DNA of 54,086 nucleotides from Desulfurococcales archaeon. GTDB lineage: Archaea; Thermoproteota; Thermoprotei_A; Sulfolobales; NBVN01. Under the pieces are notes generated by a model. That model saw nothing but the letters and a program-made list of their open reading frames with translations, did no database searches and was not told the DNA's origin. A program made the position numbers and the translations under genes. The stretch is taken from contig WAOL01000090.1 in NCBI GenBank assembly GCA_015521295.1, positions 1 to 54,086 of the forward strand, in the 5' to 3' direction. Positions 53,966 to 54,086 of the stretch are shown here, in pieces; the stretch's first letter is position 1, and each line of letters opens with the position of its first letter.

Positions 53966-54086
53966 TAAATAAAAATCATAAGTTACATATACAACAAAAT
54001 GAGGCAGTCTTAAGGCTTACTCCCTTGCAGATGATATAATGTTCTCGAGTACAGTGTACGCCCTGGACGCTTCACTCCTATCACAC

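Noticed and set aside
54010-54086. Minus-strand open frame running into the right window edge (...VIGVKRPGRTLYSRTLYHLQGSKP-stop, TAA at 54010-54012).
   Set aside because: Only 25 codons are visible and no motif is recognisable. That is insufficient evidence to call a CDS, although a gene end here is plausible.
1-54086. Mobile elements, prophage or a defence island (integrase, transposase, IS terminal repeats, toxin-antitoxin pairs, restriction-modification, cas).
   Set aside because: None of the translated ORFs shows integrase, transposase, nuclease or methylase motifs that I can recognise. The RHH protein is a full-length NikR rather than an antitoxin. The STAND-like ATPase lacks an effector domain. 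The window looks like core chromosome.

Overview
This is a densely coding, chromosomal-looking archaeal segment of about 50 genes. Short gaps and many 1-26 nt start/stop overlaps point to several translationally coupled operons. Gene content suggests a thermophilic crenarchaeon of Thermoproteales type. The evidence is NreA, tungsten-type aldehyde:ferredoxin oxidoreductase, Tfx, NikR, TtuA plus a ThiS-like carrier, Thr-rich stalks on secreted proteins, and GGTGA-type SD motifs. That taxonomic call is inference only. I recognised no rRNA, tRNA, CRISPR array, integrase or transposase.

Main blocks, left to right:
- A truncated sugar-type solute-binding protein, followed by an unusually long 465 bp AT-rich spacer.
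- kptA, a COG4880 beta-propeller exoprotein, and an overlapping nreA / SplB-like radical-SAM pair.
- A ferredoxin gene.
- A divergent MoxR-DUF58 // DUF4129-membrane-membrane-DUF4350-like six-gene module.
- A Wzx-like flippase, PEBP, SDR and metallophosphoesterase.
- One long minus-strand transcription unit joining an ABC-2 exporter to a ThiS-like protein (C-terminal Ala-Gly) and TtuA.
- A DUF47/PhoU-like gene plus a PiT phosphate transporter whose conserved N-terminus lies upstream of any in-frame start codon.
- A 1300-aa C25-like surface protein with seven Ig-like repeats, followed directly by a four-gene Mrp-like membrane module that lacks MrpE/F/G and any redox partner.
- A polyprenol-kinase-like gene, EamA, M48-like protease, MPG glycosylase and NikR.
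- A radical-SAM/SPASM gene, AOR, and a divergent Tfx.
- An aldo-keto reductase, an 830-aa wHTH-ATPase-TPR (STAND-like) protein, and OsmC.
- A complete CUT1-type sugar ABC importer preceded by a GC-rich structured leader, then a membrane GT2 glycosyltransferase, DUF364, and argH-argG.

The candidates I rate most worth follow-up are the minimal Mrp-like module next to the C25-like surface protein, the STAND-like regulator, the nreA/radical-SAM pair, and the AOR/SPASM/Tfx neighbourhood. All family calls come from motif recognition by eye. No database search was possible.
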